From: Pristiophorus japonicus
Taxonomy: Eukaryota
Reading direction: 5' to 3'
DNA length: 64,000 nucleotides
Assembly: GCF_044704955.1 (NCBI RefSeq)
Contig: NC_091999.1
Span: 53,692,001-53,756,000 of the forward strand
The position numbers and the translations under genes are program-made. Shown one piece after another: positions 37,770 to 52,619 of the stretch (position 1 is the stretch's first letter; every line of letters starts with the position of its first letter). The notes beneath the pieces were generated by a model. It saw nothing but the letters and a program-made list of their open reading frames with translations, was not told the origin of the DNA and did not search any database.

Positions 37770-38170
37770 ACAGTGCCTAGTGTAATATAAACAGAGACAT
37801 GGTCTAGTGTAATGTAAACTGAGACGATCCAGTATAATATAAAATGGGGCCGAGTATAGTGTAATATAATCTGAGACAGGGACGAGTGTAATATAAATAG
37901 AGGCAGGGTCTAATGTAACATAAACAGAGACAAGGGCTAGTGTAATATAAACAGTAGCTGGGTCTAGTGTAATATAACCAGAGACAGGGTTTAGTGTAAT
38001 ATAAAGAAAGACAGGTTCTAGTGTCATATAAACAGGGACAGGGTCCAATGTTATATAAACAGAGACAATGTCTAGTGTAATATAAATAGAGACAGGGACG
38101 AGTGTAAATTAAACAGAGACAGGTTCCAGTGTAATATAAACAGAGACTGGGTCTAGTGCAGTTATAACTG
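37770..38170. repeat. 27-bp minisatellite array (degenerate continuation ~40300-40980)
   Basis: Same unit as 6020-7195. Confidence 0.9.
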
Positions 38171-38274
38171 TGACAGAGTCCAGGGCATCGATAATCAAGA
38201 GAGGGACTGCTGGGAGGATGAGTAAACTGACCACAACACGGAGTGAATGGAGCCATTCAAGTGAGAGTGTAAAA

Positions 38275-39205
38275 ATAAATTTTGGGTGCAAAAGCAAATG
38301 GTAAGGAAGACACTAAAAAAATCTGCAAGGGGATATAGACAGGCTAAGTGAGTGAACAAAATTTGGCAGGTGAAGTATAATGGTGAAAATCTCAGATTAT
38401 CCACTTTGGCAGAAAAGAATAATAAAGCAAATTATAATTTAAATGGAGAAAAATTGAAAAGTGCTGCGGTACAGAGGGACCTGGGTGTAGTTGTGCATGA
38501 AACACAAAATGTTACTTTGCAGGTACAGCAAGTAATCAGGAAGGCAAATGGAATGTTGGCCTTTATTGCAAAGGGGATGGAGTACAAAAGTAGAGAATTC
38601 CTGCTACAACTCTACAGGGTATTGGTGAGGCCACATCTGGGGTACTGCATAAAGTTTTGTTCGCCGGATTTAAGGAAGGTTATACTTGCATTGGAGACTT
38701 TTCAGCGAAGGTTCATTGGGTTGATTCCGGAGAAGATGGGGTTGATGTATGAATAAAAGTTGACTAGATTGGGCCTCTACATGTTGGAGTTCAGAAGAAT
38801 GAGTGATGATCTTAGCGAAACATATAAGATAATGGGGGGCCCGAGAAGGTGGATGCAGAGAGGACATTTCCACTCACAGGGGAAACTAAAACTAGGAGGC
38901 TTCATCTCAGAATAAGGGGCTGCCATTTAAAACTGAGATGAGGAAGAATCTCTGCTCTCAGAGGGTTGTAAATCTGTGGAATTCTCTGCAACAGAGAGCT
39001 GTGGAGGCTGGGTCATTGTATATATGTAAGGCAGAGATGGACAGATTTTTTGAGCGATAAGGGAATAAATGGTTAGGGGAAGCGGGCTGGGCATTGGAGC
39101 TGAATCCATGATTAGACCAGCCATGAACTTATTAAACGGCAGAGTAGGCTCGTGGGGCCAAATGGCCTACTCCTGCTCCTATTTCTTATATTCTTATGTT
39201 CTTGT
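38275..39205 (+). mobile_element. CR1 LINE 3' fragment
   Basis: ORF 38352..38756 (QRDLGVVVH, LYRVLVRPHLGYC); TTCTTATG tail. Confidence 0.9.
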
Positions 39206-41789
39206 GTTCTAAAGTCTTAGCGTGATATAAAAAGATGCCTTGAATAATAACTGTGGCATGAACTAGTGTTTTATATACCGAGACGGGTCTTAGTGTAATA
39301 TGAACCGAGACATCATGTAGATATAGAATCACAGAATGGAAGAATGATACAGCACATAACGTGCACATTCAGCCCTCTGGTGCATGTGCCTACACTGAGT
39401 TGAAACAGCTAACCAATTGGTCCCACTCCCCCTGCTTTTTCCCAATAACCCTGCATATTTTTCTAGTTCAATTATTTATCCAATTGAATTTTGAAATTTA
39501 TTATTGGAACTGCTTCCAGCACCCTATCAGATAGTGTATTCCAGATCATAATAGCTCGTTGTGTATTCCTTTTTCCTCATTCCGCCTCGGGCTCTTTTGC
39601 CAAGTTCCTTAAATGTGTGCCATCTGGTTACAGACCCGTCAGCCACTGAAAAATTATCTTCTTATTTAAAGTGTCAGAACCATTCACAGTCTTGAACATG
39701 TTTGTAAAAGCTCCTTTTAACCTTCTCTGCTCTAATGACAACAATCTCAATGCCTCGAGTGTCTTCACTTAATTGAAGTATTTTATCCAAGGTACTATTC
39801 TAGTAAATTCCCCAAGCACCCTTTCCAACGCCGTTCAATCTTTCCTAAATGTGGCGCTCAGAATTAAACACAATACTCCAGCTGGAGTATAACCAATGTT
39901 TTACAGATGCTAAGCAATAACTTCCTTGCATTTAAACCCTATATCTCTTTTTATAAAAACGAAAGATAGTGTATAGCTTCTGCATTCCAGATCAGAATCA
40001 CATGATACATTAAAACATCTCCTCATCTCCCTGCTGGCTTTTTATTGCAAATGATCCTAAATATGTATCCTCTGGTTACCGACACTCCTGTCAGTGTAAA
40101 CACTGTCTCACTTTTAACCGTATCAAATCCCTTCATAAAAGGAAGGCTATGACAGGCAGATATATTATTTTCCGATTGCTGCCAGAGATTGTTTGGTAGA
40201 TTTTGGTTCGGTTAGGAGATTGCAGATGATGGAACCAGTGCTGGTCGATGGAGTTAAGATGCCGATCATCCATAATCTAATTGAATAGCGGCATGGTATA
40301 GTTCAGTAGTAATTGAGAAAGCGTATCGTGTAATTTAAACAGAAGAATGGTCTAATCCATTAATAAAAGAGACAAGAGCAATATAAAGAGGAGACGTCGT
40401 CTCGTGTGGTAATAACTGCGACAGTGCCTAGTATAATATAAATAGAGACATGGTATAGCTTGTAATAACGGAGAGTGCCCAGTGTACTATAAACATAGAC
40501 AATGCCAGTGCATTATAACTGAGGCAAGCATTCGTGTAATATGAAAGATACATACAAGAGGGCAGCAATAAATGAGACAGTATTTAATATAACACTATAT
40601 GAAAAGGGGCACGGTCCAGTGCAGTAATAGCTGAGACAGGGCATCGTGTAATGTAAACTGAGACAATGTTGAGTGAAATCTAATCACAGGCATGGTCTAG
40701 TGCAGTGATAACAGAGGCAGGGCCTAGTGTAATATAAAGAGAGACGTATTCTCATGCAGTATAACATAGAGAGCATTGTGTAATATAAACAGAGACATGG
40801 CTTAGTGCAGTCATAACTGAGGCATGGCCCAGTGTAATATGAACAGATGCAGGGCCGAGTGTAATATAACTAGTCACCTGGTCTAGTGCAATAATAAATT
40901 TGGCAGGGCATGGTGCAATATTAACATAAACAGGGTCTAGTACAGTACTAACGGAGAGAGAACCTAGTGTAATATGCCAGCGAAATGCTCTCTTATTTGT
41001 TAATATATATGAAAGCTGGGTGAAGGAATTGGGTGCACAGAATTCCAGCGGAGGAATCCTCATCAATGGAAGCAGAAACACTGCAAAGTGGAAAACAAGA
41101 CACGTTTGAGCTGACAGAGGGAGGGATGGATTTAGGAGTGGAGCAAGGAATGGGTGGCGAGTTGGAGGGGTTGAGGAATGGACGGAGGTAGGGATGGGTG
41201 CACGGAGTGATCAATTGATGGAGGGAGCGATGGAGGGAGGGAGGAGTGGTGCAAGGGAGGTGTAGTGTATTGGACGGGTGGAGTGCGGCTGGAGGGAGGG
41301 AGAGGTGGATCCAGGGAGGGAGCGATTGATGGAGGCAGGTATAGATGGCGGGAGGGATAGAGAGAGGGAGAGATGAAGGGATGGAGGGAAGGAGGGATGG
41401 GAGGGATGGTCAGAGGGAATAATGGTGTATATCTCAATTAACCCGATCAAAACTTTTCATGATTTTGAACACCTCTACTAATTGGTCCAGAACTTGCTCA
41501 GCTCTAAGGAGAACAGTCCCAGCTTCCAACTGCTCTGATTGTGCAGCTCACACAATGTAAATCTCAACCCCCGTGTGTCCTTCTGCCTGGTGCACTTCCA
41601 GATGTTGCCTGCGGAATCACTGACACTTTTATATGGACCCAGTGGAAATCCCAGTGTGGTAATGACATCTCAGGCAAGATAAGAGAACTCGCACCTGATG
41701 ATAAACGGAGCGGTGTAAGACTGGGCTCAGACCCTGAACCTCAGACATGATGATCTGAATGACAGCATTTTAAAAGCTGTGATATGTTC

Positions 41790-42247
41790 AAGCCTCGGCT
41801 CAGTGGGATCACTCTCGCCTCTGACTCAGAAGGTCACAGATACTAAACCCCACTCCAGAGATCTGAACCCATAATCTAAACTGACACGACTGGTGCCAGT
41901 ACTGTGGGAGTGCTGCACGATCAGAGGTGCTGTCTTTCGGGGCAGACATTAAACTGAGTCCCAGTCTTCCCACTCAGGTGGATTTAAAGGACTAATGGCA
42001 CTATCGTAAAGAGCAGAGAAGTTCTCCAGGGTTTCCAGCGGAAAAAATTATCCCTCAACCAACATCTGAAAAATTGATTATCTGATCATTATTTCATTGC
42101 TTTTTATGGGATCTTGCTGTGCACAAATTGGCGGCCACGTTTCGTACATTACAATGATGACCACACTTCCGAAATAATTCATTGGCTATAAAGCACTTTG
42201 GGACAACTTGAGGTCATTAAAGGTGCTATATAAATGCAAGGTGTTTC
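41790..42247 (+). mobile_element. Deu-domain SINE (unit 4 copy)
   Basis: Aligns with 1083-1537. Confidence 0.85.
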
Positions 42248-45200
42248 TAAATGTCAACATTGGAAAATACAAGATTTGAGATGTGAAAAGCTCAGATATT
42301 ACTGTGATTGTCCGACACCCCTCTGCTCACTGGTTTAACGTATTAAGTTTCAATGGATTAAATATTCCACTAAATGGAGATCCAGTGGAAAAGCAGCCTG
42401 TTCAGAGATGTTCCACTGAGTTTGGCAGCAGAACTTTCAGAACTGACTTATTCGTTTTAAAATTTATTCCCTTTGATATAAATCACATCTGTTCTAATTG
42501 AAGAAAACTGAAGCCAAAGTCACTGTTCGAGATATGTATATTTTTGTGTACCAACTGTCAATATTCTTAAAATAAGCCCTTGTTGTTAGTTGAAAAGAAT
42601 CAATAAGTGAGTCTGTTGATCTTATTTTGCTGCCATGAACATTTCATGGGAACCAGTGAGACGTTTATGTAAATAAACACAGAAAAACAGTCTCAGATTA
42701 GAGTATTCAGCGACAGGAAGACAATACATGTTTCCCCACCAACACAGCACAGAAATAAAGATGGAGGGAAATGCAAATCTCTCAACAGATTCCAGCAACA
42801 ATTGTTTTTTGGTACCTTTCTCTAAATTAAAGGTGAATAAAGTAAAGATGATCCTCATGGACAGAATCGGGAAAGATTCTCATTCTAATAGTGACATCAC
42901 AAATGTGTCAGTGGAGATTTCCTGTATCCACTCCCTCTCTTATTTCCACTTTCCGTCTTGTCTCTCAAGAATGGATAATTGGTTTTCCCCCACAACTAGA
43001 TGTCAAAATCCAACAAACGTTTTCCTTGAGCCCTAATGATATGCCTCGACCCAAATTGATCAGAGTGCACAGAGGGAGCTTTAATCCAAAATGTGACATG
43101 TGCAATTAATTACCTGGCAGTTTTTGATGGGACAATGTAGAGGGATCTTTACACTGTATCTAACCCGTGCTTACCAGCTCTGGGCGTGTGTGATGGGACT
43201 GTGTAGAGACAGCTTTACTCTGTATCTAACCTGTGTTGTACCTACCCTGGGACTGTTTGATGGAATGGTGCAGAGGGAGCATTACTCTGTATCTGACATA
43301 TGCTGGTCCTGCCCTGTGAGTTACATAGTTTAGTGCAGTAATAACTTAGTCAGGATCTAGTTTAATATAAACAGAGGCATGATCTAGTTTATTAATATGA
43401 AAGAATGGGGCTAGTGTAATATAAAGAGTGTCTTTGTCTAATTTACTATAAGCAGAGACAGGGTCTTATGTAATGGGAACAAAGGCATGGCATATTCCAG
43501 TAATATCTGAAACAGGGCCGAGTACAATATTAGTGTTTCTAGTGCAGCAATAACTGAGGTAGTGGCTCGTGCAGTAAGTACTGATACTGGGACATTGTGT
43601 ATTGGTTCCTGGCATGTGGGTGTGGGTGTCGCTGGCAATGTCTATCCCTAATTAGCCTTGAAAAGCATTTGGTGAGCTGCCACCTTGAAGCGCTGCAGCC
43701 CGTGTGGTGAAGGTTAGTGTGGGTGTTCCACAAATCTGACCCAGCGATTATGAAGGATCGGTAATAACTTTCCAAGTTAAGATGGTGTGTGATTTGAAGG
43801 GTTATGTGGAGGTGATGGTGCTCTCATGAGCCCGTAGCTCTTGTCCTTCTCGGTGGAAGAGGTCGAACGTTTGGAAAGTGCTGTCGAAGACATCTTAGCG
43901 AGTTGCTGCAATGCATCTTGTAGATAGTACTCACTGCAGCCATAGTGCGCCGGTGGTGGAGGTAGTGAATATTTAACGTGGTGGATGGGGTAATATAAAC
44001 AGGAACAGGGACTAGTGTAGTAATAACTGAGACAGGTTCTGCTCTATTATAGAATCATAGAATGGTTACAGCACAGAAGAGGGCCATTTGCCCCATATAA
44101 CCCATGCCGCTCTCTGCATGAGTATGTCAGCTAGTCCACTCCCCCGCCCTTTCCCCTAGCCCTGCGAATTTTCTTCATTGAGGTAATTATCGAATTCCCT
44201 TTGTCATGCCATGAGTGACTCTGCCTCCACCACCCTTTCAGGCAGTGCATTCCAGATCCCAACCACTAGCTGTATAAAAACGATTTCCTCATGTCGCCTT
44301 TGGTTCTTCTGCAATCACCTTAAATCGCTATCCTCTGTTCTCGACCCTTACGGCAATGGGAACAGTTTCTCTCCAGCTTTTCTGTCTTATGATTCTGAAC
44401 ACCTCTCTCAAATCTGATCTCAACCTTCTCTGCTCCACGGAGAACAATCCCAGCTTCTCCAGTCTATCCACAAAATTTAAGCGTCTTATCCCTGGAACAA
44501 CAGGTAAATCTTTTCTGCCCCCTCTCTAAGACCTTCACATCCTTCCTAAAGTGCGGTGCCCAGAATTGGACACAATACTCCAGTTGAGGCCTAACCAGTG
44601 TTTTATACGCGTTCATCATAATTTCCTTTTGTATTCTAGGCCTCTATTTATGAAGCCCAGGATTCCGCATGCTTTATAAAACACTTTCTCAACCTATCCT
44701 GCCATCTTCGATAATTTGTGCAAACATACCTCCAGGTTTCTCTGTTCATCACACCTTTTAGAAATGTACCCTTTGATTTATTTTCCCTCTCCGCGTTCTT
44801 CCTACAAAAAGAATCACTTCAAAATGTTCTCCGTTTCATTTGCCACGTGTCCACACATTCCACGAGAATATCTATGTCCTCTTGCAGTCAGCACTATCCT
44901 CCTCACTGTTCACTATGCCTCCCAGCTTTGAATGATATGAACATTTGAAATTGTGCCCCGCACACCAAAATCTATGTCATGAATATAAATCAAGATAAGC
45001 AGAGTTCCTATTACCTCCCACTGCGGAACACCACTGTGTACCTTCCTACAGTCTAAATAAGAACACTCCTCTCTGATTCCTGTCACTCAGCCAATTTCAT
45101 ATCCATGCTGACACTGTTCTTTTTATTTTATGGGCTTCAACTTTGCCGGCAAGGATATTATCAAGACACATCAACCATATAAACTGAGATTGTGTTTAGT

Positions 45201-46176
45201 GCAGTAAAAACTGCGATGGGGTCTGGTGTAACGAGAGAAACAGCACATCAAATAATTACAGATTTATTAACCTCATGCAAGCTACAGGTGCATTTTCATT
45301 TTTGCCAACACTTACACTAATCATCCACAGTGGAGGTAAATCTCAGGAGCTTCTGTGTGACGGTGAGGTGATCACTAGACAATAAAGCACAGAGACCAGC
45401 GGGGGGCTGCTCATTATCCTCGGTGGGATTTAATCCCCTTTTCCACTGAATACAGCGACAGACATGGTCACCTTGGTAACGGAATGGTCAGTGCGACATC
45501 ACTTTCTAAACAAGAGCATACAGGACAATGGGTTATCAATAAATATTAAAGTTATTAAACGACATGCAATTGCATTTTGAATACAATAAAATGCTGAAAA
45601 ATAATGGTCGAAGCAAATCATTTATCTTTGTGGAATGCACACATAATGAATGATGTGTTTTCTACATATACACCTACACATACACATACACATTTAGCAA
45701 AAAGTTTGTGTGTGCTCTTTTAAGTTGTTCATCTTAACGAGACGAGAGGATTCTTTTAGGTGGATATTAGGACCATGCGGCCGCCCATCCGGCGGTGCTG
45801 TGAGGTCAAGTTTCCAGGCTCTGCCTGACATAATCAGTGGGTCACGTGAAAGCTAACGAGCAAATACTGCAGGAAAAACAATCATTAACATTAAAGAACT
45901 CGAAGGAATTGGCACAGGACAACACACGTGCGAATTAGCAACCTTTAACACACAGAGTGCCACGAAGTAGTACAAAGTGCAGTGCACTATTCCTCAACTT
46001 CAGTCCTGTCCCTCAATCCCAGTCCATCTCTTGGAGATTGTTACAAAATTCATCACATCTTCTCAAAACAAATATTAACGAAACAATACCAGATCAAGCA
46101 GAAATTGCAGACAGCGCTTGATAGCTGTTAACAAAACTAAACATATACTTCAAACCAAAAAAGTATTGAATCCGCA

Positions 46177-49140
46177 CAGGGTCTAGTGTAATTTAACATA
46201 GACAGGGTCTAGTGCCATATAAAGAGATACAAGATATAGTATAATATAAGCAGGGACAGAGCCTAGTGTAATGTAAACATCGGCAGGGTCTCGTGTAATA
46301 TAAACAGGGTAAGGGCTTTGTTTAATATAAACAGAGATAGGGTCGAGTGTAATGTACACAGGGCCTGGGTCTAGTGTAATTTAAACAGAGACAGGGTCTA
46401 GTGTAATATAAACAAAGACAGGGTCTACTGTAATATGAACATAGACAAGGTCTAGTGTAACATAAAGAGAGACAGGCGTAACATAACATAAACGGGGACA
46501 GGGACTAGTGTAAAATAAACTGATCAGGGTCTACTGTAATACAAACTGAGACAGGGTCTATTGTATTATAAACTGAGACAGGGTCTAGTGTAATGTAAAC
46601 AGAGACACAGCAACAGAGCCTAGTGTAATATAAACAGAGACAGGGTCGAGTGGAATATAAACAGAGACAGTGTCTAGTGCAATATAAACAGAGACGCGGT
46701 CTAGTATAATATAAACAGAGACAGGGTCTAGTGTAATATAAAGAGAGACATGGTCTAATGTAATACAAATAGAAACAGGGTATAATGTAATATAAACAGA
46801 GACAGGATCCAGTATAATATAAACAGAGATAAGGCCTAGTGTAATATAAACAGAGACAGGATCCAGTGAAATATAAAAAGAGACAGGGCCAATTTAACAT
46901 AAACAAAGACAGGGTCTCGTGCAATATAAACAGCGATAGGGTCTAGCATAATATAAACAGAGACATGTCCTCGTGTCGTATAAACAGTGACAGCGGCTAG
47001 TGTAATGTCAACAGAGACAGGGCACAGTGCAATATGAACACAGACAGTGTCTAGTGTAATATAAACAGAGAGAGGGTCGTGTTTATTATAAAAAAAAGAT
47101 GGCCAAGCTTAGTAAAATCAGGGACAAGGCCTCGTATAATCTAAACAGAAATAGGGCTCAGTGTAATACAAACAGAGACAGGGCTTAGTGTAATATAAAC
47201 ACAAACACGATATAGTGTAACAAAAATAAGAACATAAGAACATAATATCCTGGAACAGGAGTAGGCCGCCTGTCCCCTCGAACCTGCTGTGCCATTTAAT
47301 AAGAACATGGCTGATCTGATCACTGATTCAGCCCCACTTCCCTGCCAGCTCCCCATTACCATGTATTCCCTTATCGTTCAAAGATCGATCTATCTCCGTC
47401 TTCAATATATTCAATGACCTAGCCTCCACAGCTCTCCATGGCAGAGAATTCCATAGATTTACAGGCCTCTCAGAGAAGAAATTCCTCCTCATCTCAGGTT
47501 AACTGGGCGGCCCGTTATTTTGAGACTATGTCCCCTCGTTTTATTTTCCCCTATGAGTGTAAATATTCTCTCTGCTTCCACCTTGTCGAGTCCCCACCGT
47601 ACCTTAAAGTTTCAATAAGGTTACCTCTGATTCTTCTGAACTCAATTGTGTATAGTCCCAACCTACTCAACCTATCTTCATAATTAACCCCCTCCTCTCC
47701 GGAATCAACCGAGTGAACGTTCTCTGAACAACGTCCAATGCAAATACATCCTTCCTTAAATAAGGAGACCGAAACTGTATGCAGTACGCTAGATGTACAC
47801 TCACGAATACCCTGTAGAGTTGTAGCAGGACTTCTCTGCTTTTATATTCTATACCCTTGCAATACGGTCAACATACCATTTTCCTTCCTGAATTTTTGCT
47901 GTAACTGCATGCTAACTTTTTGTGTTTCATGCACAAGGACACCCAGGTCCCTCTGTACTGCAGCACTTTTCAATTTTTCACCATTTATATTAAAATTTGC
48001 TTTTCTATTTTTTCTGCCAAAGTGGAAACATCACATTTTCCCACATTATATTCCATCTGCCAAATTTTTCACCACTCAGTTAGCCTGGCTATATCGCTTT
48101 GCAGATGTTTTGTGTTCTCCACCCATCTTTTTATCATCTGCAAATTTGGCTATATTGCACTCAGTCCCTTCATCAATGTCATTGATATAGAATGTAAATA
48201 GTTGAGCCGCAGCACGATCCCTGCGGCACCACACGATTCAGTTTGCCAACCGGAAAATGACCTATTTATCCCGGTTCTCTGTTTTCTGTTATTTAACCAA
48301 TACTCTATCCATTCTAATATATTACACCCAACCCTGTGAAATTTTTTCTTGTGCAGTAACCTTTTATGTAGCAGCTAATCGATTGCCTTCTGGAAATACA
48401 AATACACTACATTCACTTGTTCTACTTTATCCACCCTGCTCGTTACATCATTAAAGAAATCCATCAAATTTGTCAAACATGTTTTCTCTTTCATAAAACC
48501 ATGCTGACTCTGCTTGATTGAATTACTGCTTCCTTATTAATAGACTCCAGCATTTTCCCAACGACAGAGGTTAGGCAAACAGGGTCTCGTGTAATATATA
48601 AAGCGACATGGTCTCGTCTGATATAACAGATACAGGGTCTAGTCTAATATAAACAGAGACAGGGTCTAGTGTAATATATAAAGAGACATGGTTTAGGATA
48701 ATATAAACAGAGACATGGTCTAGTCTAATATAAACAGAGACAGGGTCTGGTGTAATATAAACAGAGATAGGGTCTAATATAATGTATACAGAGACACTGT
48801 ATATAAACAGAGATAGGGTCTAGTATATTATATACAGAGAGGGTATGGTGTAGCATAAGCAGAGAGAGGGTCCAGTGTAATATAAACAGAGACAGGGTAT
48901 AGTGCAATATAAACAGAGACAGCGTCTGGTGCAATATAAACAGCGACAGTGTCGAGTGTGATATAAACAGAGACAGGGTCGAGGGTAATATAAACAGAGA
49001 CAGGATCTCATACAATATATATAGACAGGCTCTAGTGTAATATAAACAGAGATAGGGTCTAGCGTAATAGAAACAGAGAGAGGGTCTAATGTAATATAAA
49101 TAGTGACAAGGTCTCGTGCAATATGAACAGAGACATGGTG
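46177..49140. repeat. 27-bp minisatellite array interrupted by a - strand CR1 (47225-48575)
   Basis: Repeat units on both sides; CR1 tail complement AAGAACATAAGAACATAA at ~47228. Confidence 0.9.
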
Positions 49141-49389
49141 TCGTGGAGTAATAATTGAGAAACAATCTGCTGTGATTTCATGGTGTCACAGACAATTACG
49201 GCATAAAGGAAGCCATTCGTTCCATCGTGCCTCTGCTGACTCTGAGTGAAAACAAATTCTGCTCTTCTCCGCTCTAGATCTTTTGCCAATGCTTTTAAAT
49301 CTAGGACCTCTGCTTAGTGAGAGCCGATACACTCTATCATAGAATCTTAGAAATTGACAGCACAGAAGGAGGCCATTTCAGCTCAGCTG

Positions 49390-52146
49390 ACAATTCGGAA
49401 AGATAGACAAGAAGGGAAAGGAGGTGGGGTAGCTCTGTTAATAAAGGATGATATCAGGGCAGTTGTGAGAGACAAGATTGGCTCTAATGAATAAAATGTT
49501 GAATCATTGTGGTTGGAGATTAGAGATAGTAAGGGGAAAAAGTCACAGGTGGGCGTAGGTTATAGGCCCCCAAGTAATAACTTCACGGTGGGGCGGGCAA
49601 TAATCAAGGCAATAATGGAGGCATGTGAAAAAGGAACGGCACTAATCATGGGGCATTTTAACCGACATATCATTTGGTCAAATCAAATCGCACGGGGTAG
49701 CCTGGAGGAGGAATTCATAGAATGCATACGGGATTGTTTCTTCGAACATTATGTTACAGAACCTACAAGGGAGCAAGCTATCTTCGATCTGGTCCTGTGT
49801 AATGAGACAGGAATAATAAACGATCCCCTAGTAAAAGATCCTCTCCGAATGAGTGATCACAGTATGGTTGAATTTGTAACTAATTTGAGGGTGAGGAATT
49901 AGTGTCTCAAACGAGCATACTATGCTTAAACAAAGGGGCCTACAGTGGGATGAGGGCAGAGTTGGCTAAAGTAGACTGGGAACACAGACTAAAGGGTGGC
50001 ATAATTCAGGAACAGTGGAGGACTTCTTAGGAGCTCTTTCAAAGTGCTCAACAAAAATGTATTCCAGTGAAAAAGAAGGGTGGTAAGATAAGGGATAACC
50101 AGCCGTGGATAACCAAGGAAGTAAAGGAGAGTATCAAATTAAAAACCAATGCGTATAATGTGGCCAACGTTAGTGGGAAACTAGAATATTGGGAAAATTT
50201 TAAACGACAGCAAAGAATGACTAAGAAAGCAATAAAGAAAGGAAAGATAGATTACGAAAGTAAACTTGCGCAAAACATAAAAATAGATAGTAAAAGCTTT
50301 TACAGATATATAAAACGGAAAAGAGTGACTAAAGTAAATGTTGGTCCCTTAGAAGATGAGAAGGGAGATTTAATAACGGGAAATGTTGAAATGGCTGTGA
50401 ACTTAAACAATTATTTTGCTTCGGGCTTCACAGTGGAAGACACAAAAACCATGCCAAAAATTGCTGGTCACAGCTATGTGGGAACGAAGGACCTTGAGAC
50501 AATCGCTATCACAAGAGGGTAGTGCTGGACAGGCTAATGGGACTGAAGGTAGACAAGTCCCCTGACCCTGAAGAAATGCATCCCAGAGTATTAAAAGAGA
50601 TGGCGGAAGTTATAGCAGATGCATTCGTTATAATCTACCAAAATTCTCTGGACTCTGGGGAGGTACCATCGGAATGGAAAGCAGCTAATGTAACGCTTCT
50701 GTTTAAAATAAAAGGGGGCAGACTAAAGGCAGGTAAATATAGGCCGGTTAGTTTAACATCTGTAGTGGGGAAAATGCTTGAAACTATCATTAAGGAAGAA
50801 ATAGCGGGACATCTAAATAGAAATAGTGCAATCAAGCAGACACAACATGGATTCATGAAGGGGAAATCATGTTTAACTAATTTACTGGAATTCTTTGAGG
50901 ATATAACGAGCATGGTGGATAGAGATGTACCGATGGATGGGGTGTATTTAGATTCCCAAAAGGCAGTCAATAAGGTGCCACGCAAAAGGTTACTGCAGAA
51001 GATAAAGGTACACGGAGTCAGAGGAAATGTATTAGCATGGATCGAGAATTGGCTGGCTAACAGAAAGCAGTGTCGGAATAAATGGATCCTTTTCGGGTTG
51101 GAAATCGGTGGTTAGTGGTGTGACACAGGGATCGGTGCTGGGACTACAACTGTTTGCAATATACATAGATGACATGAAAGAGGGGACAGAGTGTAGTGTA
51201 ACAAAATTTGCAGATGACACAAAGATTAGTGGGAAAGCGGGTTGTGTAGAGGACACAGAGAGGCTGCAAAGAGATTTAGATAGGTTCAGCGAATGGGCTG
51301 AGGTTTGGCAGATGGAATACAATGTCTGAAAGTGTGAGGTCATCCACCTTGGGAAAAACAACAGTAAAAGGGAATATTATTTGAATGGGGAGAAAGTACA
51401 ACATGCTGCGGTGCAGAGGGACCTGGGGGTCCTTGTGCAAGAATCCCAAAAATTTAGTTTGCAGGTGCAGCAGGTAATCAGGAAGACAAATGGAATGTTG
51501 GCCTTCATTGCGAGAGGAATGGAGTACAAAAACAGAGAGTACAAAAGATGCAACTGTATAGAGTATTAGTGAGGCTGCATCTGGAGTGCTGCGTGCAGTT
51601 TTGTTCACCTTACTTAAGGAAGGATATACTAGCTTTGGAGGGGATACAGAGTCGATTCACTTGGCTAATTCCAGAGATGAGGGGGTTACATTCTGATGAT
51701 AGATTGAGTAGACTGGGCCTTTACTCGTTGGAGTTCAGAAGGATGTGGGGTGATCGTATAGAAACATTTAAAATAATGAAAGGGATAGACAAGATCGAGG
51801 CAGAGAGGTTGTTTCCACTGGTCGGGGAGACTAGAAGTAGGGGGCGCAGCCTCAAAATACGGGGGAGCCAATTTAAAACCGAGTTGAGAAGGAATCCCTT
51901 CTCCCAGAGGGTTGTGAATCTGTGGAATTCTCTGTCCAAGGAAGCAGTTGAGGCTAGCTCATTGAATGTATTCAAATCACAGATAGATAGATTTTTAACC
52001 AATAAGGGAATTAAGGGTTATGGGGAGCGGGCGGGTAAGTGGAGCTGAGTCCACGGCCAGATCAGCCATGATCTTGTTGAATGGCGGTGCAGGCTCGAGG
52101 GGCTAGATGGCCTACTCCTGTTCCTAATTCTTATGTTCCTATGTTC
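49390..52146 (+). mobile_element. Long CR1 ORF2 fragment (APE endonuclease through RT), nested in an older LINE 3' end
   Basis: YRPP, GHFN, EPTREQAIFDLVL and SDHSMV endonuclease motifs; KSPDPEEMHPRVLKE, YRPVSLTSVVGK, QGSVLG and FADDTK RT motifs; TTCTTATG tail; several frameshifts. Confidence 0.95.
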
Positions 52147-52619
52147 ATTATATAGCGCCAGCCGACCAAGAGCTATCCTGCCTAATCCCACTTTCCAGCT
52201 CGTGTTCTGTAGCCTGTAGGTTACGACACGTTAATTGAACATCCAAGTATCGTTGAAATATGGTGAGGATTCCTGCCTCTATCAATATTTCATGCTGTGC
52301 GTTTCAGACCCCCACTACCCTCTCGGTGAAGACATGTCCCCTCATATCTCCTCTACATTAAAAAAACAAGTTAGCTTGTTGAAGACATTTATTAGGTCCC
52401 CAATTAAACTTCTCTGTTAGAAGGAGAACAGTTCAAACTTTTGAACTCTCTAATTGAAGTCCCTCATCCCTGGTAACAGCCCGTTAAACCTCTCCGGTAC
52501 CCTTTCTAGTGTCTGTACATCGTTATGGAAATGTGGTGCCCAAAATTGTCCATAATATTCCATCTGAGATCTACGGCCTAATATAAGCAGAGATATGTTG
52601 CAATACATTAATAACTGGC

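Larger units (their letters stand above)
31231..40987 (+). repeat. Segmental tandem duplication unit 3
   Basis: Colinear blocks as in unit 1. Confidence 0.88.
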
